Under the pieces are notes generated by a model. It saw only the letters and a program-made list of their open reading frames with translations, was not told the DNA's origin and made no database searches. A stretch of 64,000 bases of DNA from an uncultured Acidimicrobiales bacterium (GTDB taxonomy: Bacteria; Actinomycetota; Acidimicrobiia; Acidimicrobiales; UBA10347), in assembly GCA_943788915.1 (NCBI GenBank), contig CALSSD010000005.1, positions 62,001-126,000 on the forward strand. The letters are read 5' to 3'. Below, piece by piece: positions 18,591 to 28,652 of the stretch (positions are counted from its first letter, which is position 1; each line of letters starts with the position of its first letter). Position numbers and translations under genes: made by a program.

Positions 18591-19964
18591 GTGACACCCA
18601 ACCCAGTGACACCCAACCCAGTATTGGCGATGATCCGCGAACAGGTCGCCGACACCAGCGCCCAAGGGATTGCACGAACCATCAGCGGTTTGATCTCCGC
18701 CAACATGATCAAACCCGGCGATCAGCTGCCGACAGTCCGTTCGGTCGCTAGCACCCTGGGCGTGAGTTCGAGCACGATCTCGGCCGCATGGCGGTTGATG
18801 CAGAATCACGGCGTGATCTCGACCGATCGTCGCAGGGGCACCACCGTACGAACATCGCGCGGTTCGATCGAGGGCCGCTATTGGCAAGTGCCAGTTCCCC
18901 AGGGCACACTCGATATCGACCTGAGTACGGGTACTCCTGACCCGGAGCTGCTGCCCGACATAGGCATTATCTTGCACCGCCTCCACGCCAAGGTCGCCGT
19001 AGGCAGTTATCTCGATGCGCCGGTGCTTCCCGAACTCGAAGCCGAACTGCGACGGCGGTGGCCGTTCAGCCCTGAACATCTCACCGTCGTCGATGGCGCG
19101 CAAGATGCTCTTGACCGGCTCATCGGTGCACTGGTCCAGATCGGCGACGCGGTCGTGGTCGAACAACCAACCTTTCCCCCGCTACTCGACATGCTCGAAC
19201 TCGCAGGTGCCGAAGTTATCGGCGTGCCACTCGATCACGAAGGCATGCAGGTCAATTCACTTCGGACCGCGGTGCAGGCAAATCCTCGAGCCGTCATCCT
19301 GCAACCCCGAGCCCATAACCCCAGCGGCATCACCATGTCCGCGACCCGAGCCCAGGCCATCGCTGCGCTGTTAGGACCAGAAACCTGGGTCATCGAAGAC
19401 GACCACTCTGGCGACGCTGCCGGTGTTGCTCTCGCATCTGTCTCCGCACTACGGCCAGGCCGCAGCCTGCTGATCCATTCCTACTCCAAATCTCACGGGC
19501 CAGACCTGCGCATAGCCGCCATCGGCGGGGCGGCAGCTCCCATTCGCCAACTTGAGCGACGACGTTCGCTCGGGCCATCGTGGACCAGTCGGCTAACGCA
19601 GCAGATTCTGCTTGAGATGTTGACTGACCCCGAGATCGAAGCCCAGGTGGCGCTCGCAGCATCAACGTATGAACAGCGGCGAACCCTCTTTGTCAACGCG
19701 CTCGGATCACATGGTGTGGTGATCCCGGTCGGCGCCGGGCTGAATATGGCACTTCCGGTGCGCGACGAACAGAGCGCGGTGATCTATCTGGCCGCTCACG
19801 GCATCGGTGCAGCACCTGGTCGGCCGTTCCTTGTCGATGCGATCGACAATGACTTCATTCGGCTCAGCATCGGTTCCTACACCGGAGATCCCATCACCCT
19901 GGCAGCCACCGTTGCCGCAGCCACACGCGCCGGCGGCGACAGCCGTATAGGTTCAGGCCAGTGA
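18591..19964 (+). CDS. MocR/GabR family PLP-dependent transcriptional regulator (start uncertain: 18591, 18606 or 18629)
   Basis: GntR HTH (PGDQLPTVRSVASTLGVS) plus aminotransferase domain (HNPSG, IEDD, SYSKSHGPDLR). Confidence 0.9.
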   Translation: MTPNPVTPNPVLAMIREQVADTSAQGIARTISGLISANMIKPGDQLPTVRSVASTLGVSSSTISAAWRLMQNHGVISTDRRRGTTVRTSRGSIEGRYWQVPVPQGTLDIDLSTGTPDPELLPDIGIILHRLHAKVAVGSYLDAPVLPELEAELRRRWPFSPEHLTVVDGAQDALDRLIGALVQIGDAVVVEQPTFPPLLDMLELAGAEVIGVPLDHEGMQVNSLRTAVQANPRAVILQPRAHNPSGITMSATRAQAIAALLGPETWVIEDDHSGDAAGVALASVSALRPGRSLLIHSYSKSHGPDLRIAAIGGAAAPIRQLERRRSLGPSWTSRLTQQILLEMLTDPEIEAQVALAASTYEQRRTLFVNALGSHGVVIPVGAGLNMALPVRDEQSAVIYLAAHGIGAAPGRPFLVDAIDNDFIRLSIGSYTGDPITLAATVAAATRAGGDSRIGSGQ

Positions 19965-20302
19965 GTGACCAAATGGTGCCGATCTTTCGGGTCAAAGATG
20001 CCGCCAAGGCGATTGCGTTCTATCAGCGGGTCGGATTTGTCCTCGAGGGCACCCATCAATTCGCCTCCGACCTCCCTGTCTATGCGTTCCTGCTGCGGGA
20101 CAACGTGCAGCTTCACCTGTCCGAGCACAAGGGCGATGCACCAAAAAGATCGCTGGCCTACTTTTGGGTTCAGGACCTTGACGCAATCGCCGAAGCTCTT
20201 GGCCAGACCGTCGAGCAAGCACCATGGGCCCGCGAACTCGAAATCGTGGACCCCGATGGCAACCGGATCCGCTGCGGCCAACCCAACTCAGGCACCAGCT
20301 AG
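19961..20302 (+). CDS. VOC/glyoxalase (bleomycin-resistance-like) protein
   Basis: PIFRVKD..AIAFY..GF, LHLSEH, PWARE..VDPDGN motifs. Confidence 0.85.
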   Translation: MSDQMVPIFRVKDAAKAIAFYQRVGFVLEGTHQFASDLPVYAFLLRDNVQLHLSEHKGDAPKRSLAYFWVQDLDAIAEALGQTVEQAPWARELEIVDPDGNRIRCGQPNSGTS

Positions 20303-20356
20303 CGCTCGACCACCTTGCGTCTCATTCCGCACGCACTCAGCACCAATAACGGACGC

Positions 20357-20413
20357 CCTCGTCACCCAGACCCCGCGTCACCTGGGGTCAGACCCCTCGT
20401 CACCTGGGGTCAG
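20357..20413. repeat. Tandem REP-like units CGTCACC-T-GGGGTCAGACCCC (IS30 target array; continues at 21503-21518)
   Basis: Intact GGGGT-CAG-ACCCC at 20384-20396; the next unit is split by the IS; partial unit at 20360-20374. Confidence 0.75.
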
Positions 20414-21502
20414 GGTCGGTTCATGGGGTGACGGCTGCAGTTAGGGCTTGAGGTTCCACTGGTTGAAGAGCGATACAGGCGAAACTGCCTGCTCTCACAC
20501 GAACCCCAACCAGTGGAGTGTCCAGCATGCCATCCAATCCGTTGACTGTCTTTGATCGTGAGGAAATCCGGGCTGGGATCGAGCGGAAAGATCCTGATGA
20601 GGTGATCGCTGCTGGCCTGGGCCGTCATCGGTGCACGATCAACGCTGAGATCAGACGCAACGGCGGCCGTAAGGCCTATTCGGCGGTGAGCGCTGGGCAA
20701 CGAGCAGTGTGTGAACGTAAACGCCCAAAGACACCGAAATTGATTGCAGACCCAGGGCTGGCTCGTGAAGTCGGGCGCCGGTTGAAGGCTAAGGATTCCC
20801 CGAAGCGGATCTCGATTGAACTCGCTGCTGAGGGTCACCATATTTCTCATGAATGCATCTATCAGGCCATCTACAACCCAGAGTCAGGTCTTGAATCGGG
20901 ATGCCATCACGGTCTGCATCTGAGACGTCAACGCCGCAAACACCGCGGCCGCACAACGCCTGGCGGTCATTCATTGGGTGAGTTCAACCCAATCAGCGCA
21001 CGGCCAGCTATTGCTGATGAACGGGTCGAGGTCGGTCATCTTGAAGGCGATCTGATTGTCGGTGCGATGAACCGCTCCGCCATCATCACCGTGTTTGATC
21101 GCACCACCAGATACCTCTGGCTCCAAAAACTCGGTTCCAAAAGTGCAGATGACACGTTCACAGCAATGCTCATACTCTTGACACGCATCCCGGCCCGGTT
21201 ACGCCTGACCATGACATGGGACCAAGGTGCAGAAATCGCACGCTGGGCCAAACTCACCCAACGCCGAAACATCGACATCTACATCGCCGACCCCAAAGCG
21301 CCATGGCAGCGACCCACCAACGAAAACGGCAACGCACTCGTACGCCGCTACGTCGGCAAAGGCACCGACCTATCGATCTACACCACCCGCCAACTACGAC
21401 ACATCGAACAACGGATCAACACCATCCCCCGACCCACCCTCAACTGGGCCACCGCCCACGACATCTACACTCACACTGTCGCGATGACCAGATGAACCGA
21501 CC
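20414..21502 (+). mobile_element. IS30-family insertion sequence, 1089 bp
   Basis: Imperfect 28-bp terminal IRs (GGTCGGTTCATGGGGTGACGGCTGCAGT vs GGTCGGTTCATCTGGTCATCGCGACAGT, 21/28, first 11 identical); 3-bp CAG duplication at 20411-20413 and 21503-21505. Confidence 0.92.
20527..21495 (+). CDS. IS30 family DDE transposase
   Basis: HTH (IAAGLGRHRCTINAEIRRN), SHECIY, GHLEGDLIVG, TWDQGAE, PWQRPTNENGNALVR; stop codon lies inside the right IR. Confidence 0.95.
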   Translation: MPSNPLTVFDREEIRAGIERKDPDEVIAAGLGRHRCTINAEIRRNGGRKAYSAVSAGQRAVCERKRPKTPKLIADPGLAREVGRRLKAKDSPKRISIELAAEGHHISHECIYQAIYNPESGLESGCHHGLHLRRQRRKHRGRTTPGGHSLGEFNPISARPAIADERVEVGHLEGDLIVGAMNRSAIITVFDRTTRYLWLQKLGSKSADDTFTAMLILLTRIPARLRLTMTWDQGAEIARWAKLTQRRNIDIYIADPKAPWQRPTNENGNALVRRYVGKGTDLSIYTTRQLRHIEQRINTIPRPTLNWATAHDIYTHTVAMTR

Positions 21503-21528
21503 CAGACCCCACGTGACCGGGGGCGGGG

Positions 21529-22014
21529 TTAGGACTCGATGACCTTGGCGAGACCTTCGATGACTTCTGCATGTGGATGCGCAGCCAGGGTTGCTGGCGG
21601 AACGAGCAGCTTTCGGTCACGGCTACCGCCGCCGATGATGAGATTGTCGCGGGTCATGACCCGAGCGTCGATCCACAGCGGCAACGGCGAGGTCGTTCCA
21701 AATGGGGTAACACCACCGATCTGCATGCCGGTCATTTCGATCGTCTGGTCAGCGGTGGCGAACGAGCACTTACGCACACCGAGCTTCTTACGCACGACCT
21801 TGTTCACGTCGAGCCGACTGTCGGCCAGAACAAGACACATGGCAAATACTGCTGGATCAGATTTACCGGCGACAACGATTGCGTTAGCCGAGTCATCCAT
21901 AGAGAAGCCATATGCCTCGCAGAACTGCGCCGTATCGGCCAGCTCCGGGTCACACGGCACGACCTCGTAGGCCACACCCAACGTTTCAAGTTGTTCAAGA
22001 ACGAGATCACTCAT
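21529..22014 (-). CDS. YbaK/EbsC family aminoacyl-tRNA editing domain protein
   Basis: LADTAQFC, SANAIVV, TGMQIGGVTPFG, IGGGSR..K motifs. Confidence 0.85.
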   Translation of the reverse strand: MSDLVLEQLETLGVAYEVVPCDPELADTAQFCEAYGFSMDDSANAIVVAGKSDPAVFAMCLVLADSRLDVNKVVRKKLGVRKCSFATADQTIEMTGMQIGGVTPFGTTSPLPLWIDARVMTRDNLIIGGGSRDRKLLVPPATLAAHPHAEVIEGLAKVIES

Positions 22015-22047
22015 GGCTTGGCACTGTAGGGCGTAGGGAGCCGACAG

Positions 22048-23043
22048 CTAACGTCGCCGCGTCCTGGACGCGAGCTTGACAACACGGTCGTCGTTCTTGC
22101 CTGTCACCTTGATCAGATCGCGGGCTTCAGCAGACCGAACGAAACTGCCGAAGTTACGGAAGCCCAAGTTGGCTTCGGAGAAGCTGCTGTCGGCCTTCAG
22201 AAGTGCCTGTTTCAATCCGGTATAGGGAACGCTCTTGGCATCGCCCACCACCGTCGTGAGCAACGTGTCGGCAGCCTCGAGTGCGCCGCTGCCAGCGATC
22301 GACACGATCGGGTCGCCCGATCCATCGAGGGTGACCAAATCACGATCGACGAGCCCTCGCAACAAGCCGCCGAAGCCCCGGAACCCAAGATCTGCTTCAT
22401 TGAATGTGGGTTCCTTGCGCAGGATTGCCCGCTTGAGTGCTGACCCCCGCACCGGACCCGACGTCGACTCTTCGAGACCTGCCAGCGTGGTGATGACAAG
22501 CGATAGATCGCCTGGTGTTGAGTGTTTTCGCTCGGTTGAAGGCGGCTGCGAAGTATCCACAAGATTGTCGTAGAACAAGAACTCGTCGCATGCCGGAGGC
22601 AACAAGTTCGATGTAGATCCCTTGACGCCGACACCGATCACGGTTCGGTCAAACTCGCGCAATTTATGCACGAGCGGACTCAAATCGCTGTCACCGGTGC
22701 AAATGACAAACGTGGAAATATATTTCCGTTCGAGGGCGAGCTCGACCGCATCAATCGCCATCTTGATGTCTGCTGCATTTTTGCGACTGCCACCCATCTT
22801 TTGGGGGATGTCGGTGAGTTCAACCTGATGACGGGTGAGCATGCGACGGTCTTTGTCGAAGTACGACCAGTCCGCGTAGGCCTTTCGCACAATGACGCGT
22901 CCCCGCTCGGCAAGAGCGTCGGCAACGTTGGCAAAATCGAAGGCCACACCCAGGTTCTCGCGAGCACCAATAGCAAGGTTCTCGTAGTCGAGATAGACGG
23001 CGATCCTCGGCTCATGGTCTTGTTCCATACCCGAGCCTTGCAT
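22048..23043 (-). CDS. NYN (LabA/DUF88) domain protein with two OST-HTH/LOTUS domains
   Basis: YLDYENL, AYADW, KNAADIKMAIDA, TGDSDLSPL, CDEFLFY; two F.EA.LGFR.FG repeats. Confidence 0.88.
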   Translation of the reverse strand: MQGSGMEQDHEPRIAVYLDYENLAIGARENLGVAFDFANVADALAERGRVIVRKAYADWSYFDKDRRMLTRHQVELTDIPQKMGGSRKNAADIKMAIDAVELALERKYISTFVICTGDSDLSPLVHKLREFDRTVIGVGVKGSTSNLLPPACDEFLFYDNLVDTSQPPSTERKHSTPGDLSLVITTLAGLEESTSGPVRGSALKRAILRKEPTFNEADLGFRGFGGLLRGLVDRDLVTLDGSGDPIVSIAGSGALEAADTLLTTVVGDAKSVPYTGLKQALLKADSSFSEANLGFRNFGSFVRSAEARDLIKVTGKNDDRVVKLASRTRRR

Positions 23044-23084
23044 GGATAGTTACCGACCGGGTTGCATTAGGGAATACTGCATAG

Positions 23085-23765
23085 GTGACCGAGCAATCAG
23101 CCAGCCGCTTCGAGACCTTTGTTGATCCAATCGACGGGACCCGATGGGAGATCGACGTCGACTTCATCGACTCGAACTGGACGTGCATCTGGAACAACGG
23201 TTGCGAAGGGATCCTGGAGCGAGCGTCTTCGGATCTGAACCAGGGGTGTTGCTCGGTCGGCGCTCAGATGATCGACGAAGACGAAGCGCTTCGAATCGCA
23301 GCCCTCGGCCTCACCATCGACGAAGCGATCTTCCAGTACGCCGATGCTGCCTTCGAGGGCGGTGTCTTCAGCGATGAGAACCGCACAAATACCCGCGTCA
23401 TCGACGGCGCATGTATCTTTCACAACCGACCCGGATTCGCTGGCGGCGAGGGGTGCGCATTGCACCTGGCGGCGATGCAGGACGACGAGAACCCGATCGA
23501 ATACAAACCATCGATCTGTTGGCAGGCACCGCTCAAGGTCGACCACCACGACGATGGCTCAAAGACGTTGCGACCGTGGAAACGCCCCGACTGGGACGGT
23601 GGCCTAGAATCTATGGCCTGGTGCTGCACGAATAAGGGCGGCGACGACGAAGCGCTGGCATCGGCCTTCGTGGGCGACGTCACCGTAGGCGAGTCGCTAC
23701 ACGCCGAGCTACGAGGCCTCGTTGGACCGGAGATCGCTGTGCAGCTCCGGGAACGTCACCGCTGA
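23085..23765 (+). CDS. Cys-rich conserved actinobacterial protein (DUF3109/YkgJ-like)
   Basis: SNWTCIW..GC, GCCSVGA, ACIFHNRPGF.GG.GCALH, KPSICWQ.P, WCC motifs. Confidence 0.7.
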   Translation: MTEQSASRFETFVDPIDGTRWEIDVDFIDSNWTCIWNNGCEGILERASSDLNQGCCSVGAQMIDEDEALRIAALGLTIDEAIFQYADAAFEGGVFSDENRTNTRVIDGACIFHNRPGFAGGEGCALHLAAMQDDENPIEYKPSICWQAPLKVDHHDDGSKTLRPWKRPDWDGGLESMAWCCTNKGGDDEALASAFVGDVTVGESLHAELRGLVGPEIAVQLRERHR

Positions 23766-23808
23766 AGACCAACCTGATGCCCGCAGCCCACTACGTTCGA
23801 GTGTCGTG

Positions 23809-24276
23809 ATGCCGAATGACCGACTGCGCCGCAAGTTCGCAAGCCGTATTTCACCCGACACCCGAATCGAAGCGGCGTTCGCTATCAAGGGTGTGAAAGG
23901 TCCTCGCACGGCGTCGGCCTCCAGTGTGCTCGCCCGGTACATCGAGCGATACGGGCTGACGAGCACACTTGGATCACACCGACTGCTCGGCGCCCAATGG
24001 TTAGTAGTAACAGAACATCGGATGCTGCTTTTTGAAAAGCGCGGCAGCGGCGTGTTGACTCGAATCGGCCAACTCGAACACGAACTAGATCGCACCAGTG
24101 TTGAACTTCAGTGGGCAGACTTCACCGAAGCAACCCTGCACAAACGGCTCATCCATCTGACCACCTCCGATCACCGCATGAACATCTCTCAGACCGTCGT
24201 TAGCAATGACGAACCAGATCTGTTCGTGCAGGCGGTCGGCGACCGCGGCCGCGAAATCGGCCTACAGGAACTTTGA
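23809..24276 (+). CDS. Hypothetical protein
   Basis: Plausible ORF between co-oriented genes; no recognised motif. Confidence 0.55.
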   Translation: MPNDRLRRKFASRISPDTRIEAAFAIKGVKGPRTASASSVLARYIERYGLTSTLGSHRLLGAQWLVVTEHRMLLFEKRGSGVLTRIGQLEHELDRTSVELQWADFTEATLHKRLIHLTTSDHRMNISQTVVSNDEPDLFVQAVGDRGREIGLQEL

Positions 24277-24283
24277 ACAACCC

Positions 24284-24874
24284 ATGCACATCCTCGTTAT
24301 CCGCCACGGCCAACCTCACGACGAATCCAAGTCCGGTGGTGATGGCGATCCGCCGCTGAGCGAACTCGGTATCTCGCAGGCGCAATCCATTGGCGACTAT
24401 CTCAGCGGCGAACAGATCGACCATGTCGTCGCAAGTCCAATGCTTCGGGCTCACCAAACCGCGCTGCCTCTCTGTAAACGACTGGGCATCGAACCTGAAC
24501 TCGACGATGACCTGAAGGAGGCTGGCTGGCAGGCCGGGGCCTATATGCGAACCGAAGAGAACATGGGCTTCTTCAAAGATCGGATAAGCGACGATCCCGA
24601 CTACCTCTACCGACCCGAAGGCCGCCACGTGTTCAACGAACGGGTCATACGCGCCTTCACCAAGGTCCGGAACAACCACCCGGGTCAAACCGTGGCCGTC
24701 TTCTGCCATGGCATGGTCACCACAACATTCCTGTCGACCGTGCTCGGTTTCGAGCCAGGGCCTCGAGACTTTCATGCTCACTACACCGGGCTGACTCGGG
24801 TGCGTGGTTCCTCAACGTTGGATATCTGGGGACTCGACAGCTTCAACGAAACGATGCACCTTCGCCACCTGTAA
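24284..24874 (+). CDS. Histidine phosphatase family protein
   Basis: IRHGQ, SPMLRAHQTA, VFCHG motifs. Confidence 0.9.
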   Translation: MHILVIRHGQPHDESKSGGDGDPPLSELGISQAQSIGDYLSGEQIDHVVASPMLRAHQTALPLCKRLGIEPELDDDLKEAGWQAGAYMRTEENMGFFKDRISDDPDYLYRPEGRHVFNERVIRAFTKVRNNHPGQTVAVFCHGMVTTTFLSTVLGFEPGPRDFHAHYTGLTRVRGSSTLDIWGLDSFNETMHLRHL

Positions 24875-25223
24875 TCAGCTGTAATCAGCTGTGTTGGCCT
24901 CGGCCGATCGTCATCACGAACGTTGCGACGCTGCCGTTTCGAGGTGCGACGCAACGACAGGCTTCCAAAGCCAGAGATCACTGCCACGTAGAAACCCACG
25001 TCGTACCAAATGCCGTCGTTATTCGGCTCATAGATGCGAATATCGCCGTCGAAGACGTGACCAACCAGCGCAAACGGAGCGATCCAGCCATGCCAGATCC
25101 CCGTGAAGAAGCCCGCGGTATCCCCGGGTGAGTACGTGCCGTTGCCTGCCGCACATCCAGCAAGGACAATGAGCACCGCAGCGAGACCCAGAAACGAGCA
25201 GAACCCAGGGCACGAAAGCGCAT
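24781..25223 (-). pseudogene. Small conserved membrane lipoprotein with frameshift(s) in the signal peptide; 3' end uncertain
   Basis: LAGC lipobox, AGFFTGIWHGWIAPF..IYE.NN.G.WYD.GF; ATG 25223 is out of frame; removing one base from each of two 3-base runs gives MRFRALVLLVLGLAAVLIVLAGC. Confidence 0.6.
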
Positions 25224-25365
25224 GCCTCGACTCTAGGCGAACGCTGGTTCGCGGGCTCCACGATCAATCTGGTGCAGTGAGAGAGCTGACGAGATCACGA
25301 AACAATGACCTGGCATCGATAAGGCCCGACCATTCCAGGGTGTTCTCAATTACCCTTGCGGACCT

Positions 25366-28300
25366 ATGAGCGAGCTTGAAAAAGCCTACGTCCCGGCCGA
25401 TGCCGAGGCTGCGGTCACCGCCAAGTGGGACGCGGCACACGCGTTCCATGCCATGCCTGTCGACGCGGGGACTGACACCTACTCCGTGGTGATCCCGCCA
25501 CCGAACGTCACGGCCGCGCTCCACCTTGGCCATGCGCTCAACAACACGTTGCAGGATGTGCTCATCCGCTTCAACCGCATGCTGGGCAAACCAACCTTGT
25601 GGATGCCTGGCACTGACCATGCCGGCATTGCCACCCAGACCGTTGTCGAGAAGCGACTCCTGGCCGATGGCATCAAACGACTCGATATGGGGCGCGAAGC
25701 ATTCGTCGAGACCACCCAGGCGTGGAAGGACGAATACGAGGCAACAATCCTCGAACAACTCAAGGCCATGGGAGCGTCGTGTGACTGGGAACGCACCCGT
25801 TTCACCATGGACGACATGTGTGCGACCGCCGTGCGCCACGCATTCTTCAAACTCTTCGACGACGGCCTGATCTACCGCGGCAAACGACTGGTCAACTGGG
25901 ACCCAGCGACCCGCACCGCGTTGTCCGACGACGAGGTCGAGATGGAAGACATCGACGGCCACATGTGGTATCTGCGATATCCGCTCGAAGACGGCAGCGG
26001 CCATGTCACCGTGGCCACGACCCGACCAGAAACGATGCTCGGAGACACGGCAATCGCAGTGAATCCCGACGACCCGCAGGCCGAAGCTGTTATCGGCAAG
26101 TACGTCGTCTTACCCATCGTCGGCCGCCGCATTCCCATCGTTGGCGACGACTATGTGGTGATGGCAGACCCCGAGGGCGATACCAAGGCGCAATACGCCA
26201 GCGGCTTCCTCAAGGTCACTCCGGCACACGACCAAAACGACTGGGACATCGGCCTTCGCCATGAGCTGCCGGTCATCAACATCATGGGTCCCGACGGCGC
26301 TATCAGCGACCAATACGGTTGGGACGATGTCAGCGACGAAGCCCGCCAGTTTGTGGGTATGAGCCGCGAAGACGCACGCATTGCCATCGTCGAATGGTTC
26401 GACGCCAACGAGTTGTTGGCCGAGGTCCGCGACTACTCGCACTCCGTTGGACACAGCTATCGCAGCCATGTTGCGATCGAGCCGTGGCTCAGCGACCAGT
26501 GGTACGTCTCGGTAACCGACGACCGACTCCGCGGCTCTGCTCTTCGAGCCCAGACCCCTGACCAAGCGCCCGACCTGCCTGCCGATGTGTCCGAGCGATC
26601 GACTGAAATGCCAGGCGACGGCGAACTTCGGTTCTTCCCTGATCGGTACGCCCGCACCTATCAGGCATGGCACGAAAACATCCGCGACTGGTGCATCAGC
26701 CGTCAACTGTGGTGGGGCCACCAGATCCCGGTATGGATGCGCCTTGTCAACGAAGCCGATGCATCGGCAGAAGTCGTCGAAGCACTCGAGCGGGTTGGCA
26801 TCGACGAAGCGGTGCGCGTCGACTCGCAGTGGAACCCGATGGGGGCCGCCCACTACGCCCGACGAGTCACCACCACCGAGATCGAAGAAGCGATCTGCAT
26901 TCCACCCGATGCCACGCTGCGTCGGTCCGAAGCCCCGAATACCACTGGCGAAACCGAACTCGTGACAGCAGTCGAAGCGGCTGGTTACACCCGCGATCCT
27001 GACGTACTCGACACCTGGTTCTCGTCTGGTCTGTGGCCGATGTCCACCATGGGCTGGCCATTCCCCGAAGACTTCCCGGAAACGGTGGGTCTGCTCCAGA
27101 GTTACAACCCCACATCGGTGTTGTCGACCGCGCGCGAAATCATCACCTTGTGGGTCAGCCGCATGGTCATGTTCAACCGGTACTTCCTCGACGGTCAGGT
27201 GCCCTATAACGACGTCTTCATCCATGCGATGGTCCAAGACGGCCATGGTCAGAAGATGTCCAAGAGCCTGGGTAATGGCGTGGACCCACGCGACATCATC
27301 TACAGCCACGGCGCCGATGCAATGCGTTACACGTTGGTGCAGATGACGACCGACACCCAGGACGTCCGCATGCCCGTCGACATGGTGTGCCCCCACACCG
27401 ACGAGGCATTTACACCCGAGTACATCACTACGACGGCTGGACATACGGTCGCAGCCCCCATCCAGAAGTCGCCAAGCGATCCGTCCAAGCAGATGGTGTC
27501 GGCCTACGGCGTGGCGACCGGCACAGCCGTGCCTACTGCGGACATTCCATTGGCTCGCAACACATCGTCCAAGTTCGACGGTGGTCGTAACTTCTCGAAC
27601 AAGGTGTGGAACGCAACCCGTTTCGCACTCGGCCGCCTCGAGGGTCAGGACAACACCGACCGAGTCGTGAACCTGGGCAACGCCCGGTTTGCCGACCGTT
27701 GGATCCTTGCTCGTCTTCATCAGACCGTTGCCTCGCTTGAGCATGCATTCGAGACGTACCACTTCAACGAGGTCGCAAACACGTTGTACGACTTCATCTG
27801 GCGTGATGTCTGCGACCGTTATCTCGAGGCAGTGAAAGCCACCATCGACGACGATCCTGACCAACAGGTCGTTTTGGCAGCGGTGCTCGATGCGGTGCTC
27901 CGCATTTTGCACCCCGTGTGCCCGTTCGTGACCGAGACACTCTGGCCACACGTGAGCCAGGTCCGTACCGGCGAGGTAGCAGCGCTCACGCTGCCCGCCT
28001 GCGACCTGCTCGCAACTGCTCCTTGGCCAGTCGTCGCCCCCGAGACCGCCGACACAACCGTGATCGCCGAATTCGAACGGGCCGACGCACTTGTGGCAGC
28101 GATCCGTGTCGTGCGGGCCGAACAGCAGGTCAAACCTCGACGCATGGTCACGCTACACATTCCGCTGGCGCTGTCGCCGTTGATCGCCATGGCCGACGGC
28201 TACGTCGAATCACTCGCCGGTATCGCACTCGTCGAGATCGGCGACGCTCCCGCTGGCGCCAGCCCTCTGGTGTTCGAAGGCAAACAGCTCGGCCTGTCTG

Positions 28301-28518
28301 ACATGGTCGATGCCGCCGATGCTGGAGCCGAGATCGATCGCCTCACCAAGAAGGCCAACGAGTTGCGCGGCCAGGTCGGAGGGCTCGAAGGCCGTCTTTC
28401 CAACGCCGGGTATGTCGACAATGCACCCGCCCATCTCGTCGACGAAACCCGAGCCCAACTCGCTGCGCTCAAGGCTGACCTCGACGCCACCGAAGCAGCT
28501 CTCACCGCCCTCAGCTAA
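25366..28518 (+). CDS. valS: Valine--tRNA ligase
   Basis: PPPNVT..LHLGH, DHAGIATQ, ATTRPETMLGD, DWCISRQLWWGH, DTWFSS, KMSKS, C-terminal coiled coil. Confidence 0.96.
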   Translation: MSELEKAYVPADAEAAVTAKWDAAHAFHAMPVDAGTDTYSVVIPPPNVTAALHLGHALNNTLQDVLIRFNRMLGKPTLWMPGTDHAGIATQTVVEKRLLADGIKRLDMGREAFVETTQAWKDEYEATILEQLKAMGASCDWERTRFTMDDMCATAVRHAFFKLFDDGLIYRGKRLVNWDPATRTALSDDEVEMEDIDGHMWYLRYPLEDGSGHVTVATTRPETMLGDTAIAVNPDDPQAEAVIGKYVVLPIVGRRIPIVGDDYVVMADPEGDTKAQYASGFLKVTPAHDQNDWDIGLRHELPVINIMGPDGAISDQYGWDDVSDEARQFVGMSREDARIAIVEWFDANELLAEVRDYSHSVGHSYRSHVAIEPWLSDQWYVSVTDDRLRGSALRAQTPDQAPDLPADVSERSTEMPGDGELRFFPDRYARTYQAWHENIRDWCISRQLWWGHQIPVWMRLVNEADASAEVVEALERVGIDEAVRVDSQWNPMGAAHYARRVTTTEIEEAICIPPDATLRRSEAPNTTGETELVTAVEAAGYTRDPDVLDTWFSSGLWPMSTMGWPFPEDFPETVGLLQSYNPTSVLSTAREIITLWVSRMVMFNRYFLDGQVPYNDVFIHAMVQDGHGQKMSKSLGNGVDPRDIIYSHGADAMRYTLVQMTTDTQDVRMPVDMVCPHTDEAFTPEYITTTAGHTVAAPIQKSPSDPSKQMVSAYGVATGTAVPTADIPLARNTSSKFDGGRNFSNKVWNATRFALGRLEGQDNTDRVVNLGNARFADRWILARLHQTVASLEHAFETYHFNEVANTLYDFIWRDVCDRYLEAVKATIDDDPDQQVVLAAVLDAVLRILHPVCPFVTETLWPHVSQVRTGEVAALTLPACDLLATAPWPVVAPETADTTVIAEFERADALVAAIRVVRAEQQVKPRRMVTLHIPLALSPLIAMADGYVESLAGIALVEIGDAPAGASPLVFEGKQLGLSDMVDAADAGAEIDRLTKKANELRGQVGGLEGRLSNAGYVDNAPAHLVDETRAQLAALKADLDATEAALTALS

Positions 28519-28652
28519 GCCCACAGCTGTGAACCCCTTGCAGCACGAACACGGCATCACTCTTCGCGATGTGGGTTTATACATCCTGAGCCGGTGGCAG
28601 AAAGTAGAGCCGGACTGTTGTTGATCCAAGCGGTTGAGGCGAACCTGTGCGC

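Noticed and set aside
22048..23043. NYN protein as a phage-defence or toxin system
   Set aside because: This is the ordinary LabA/DUF88-LOTUS architecture with no partner or defence genes nearby.
26110..27951. 613-aa antisense ORF within valS and similar long shadow ORFs (15729-16916, 17765-18751, 56361-57362)
   Set aside because: These mirror frames of real genes are expected in high-GC DNA and have no recognisable motifs.
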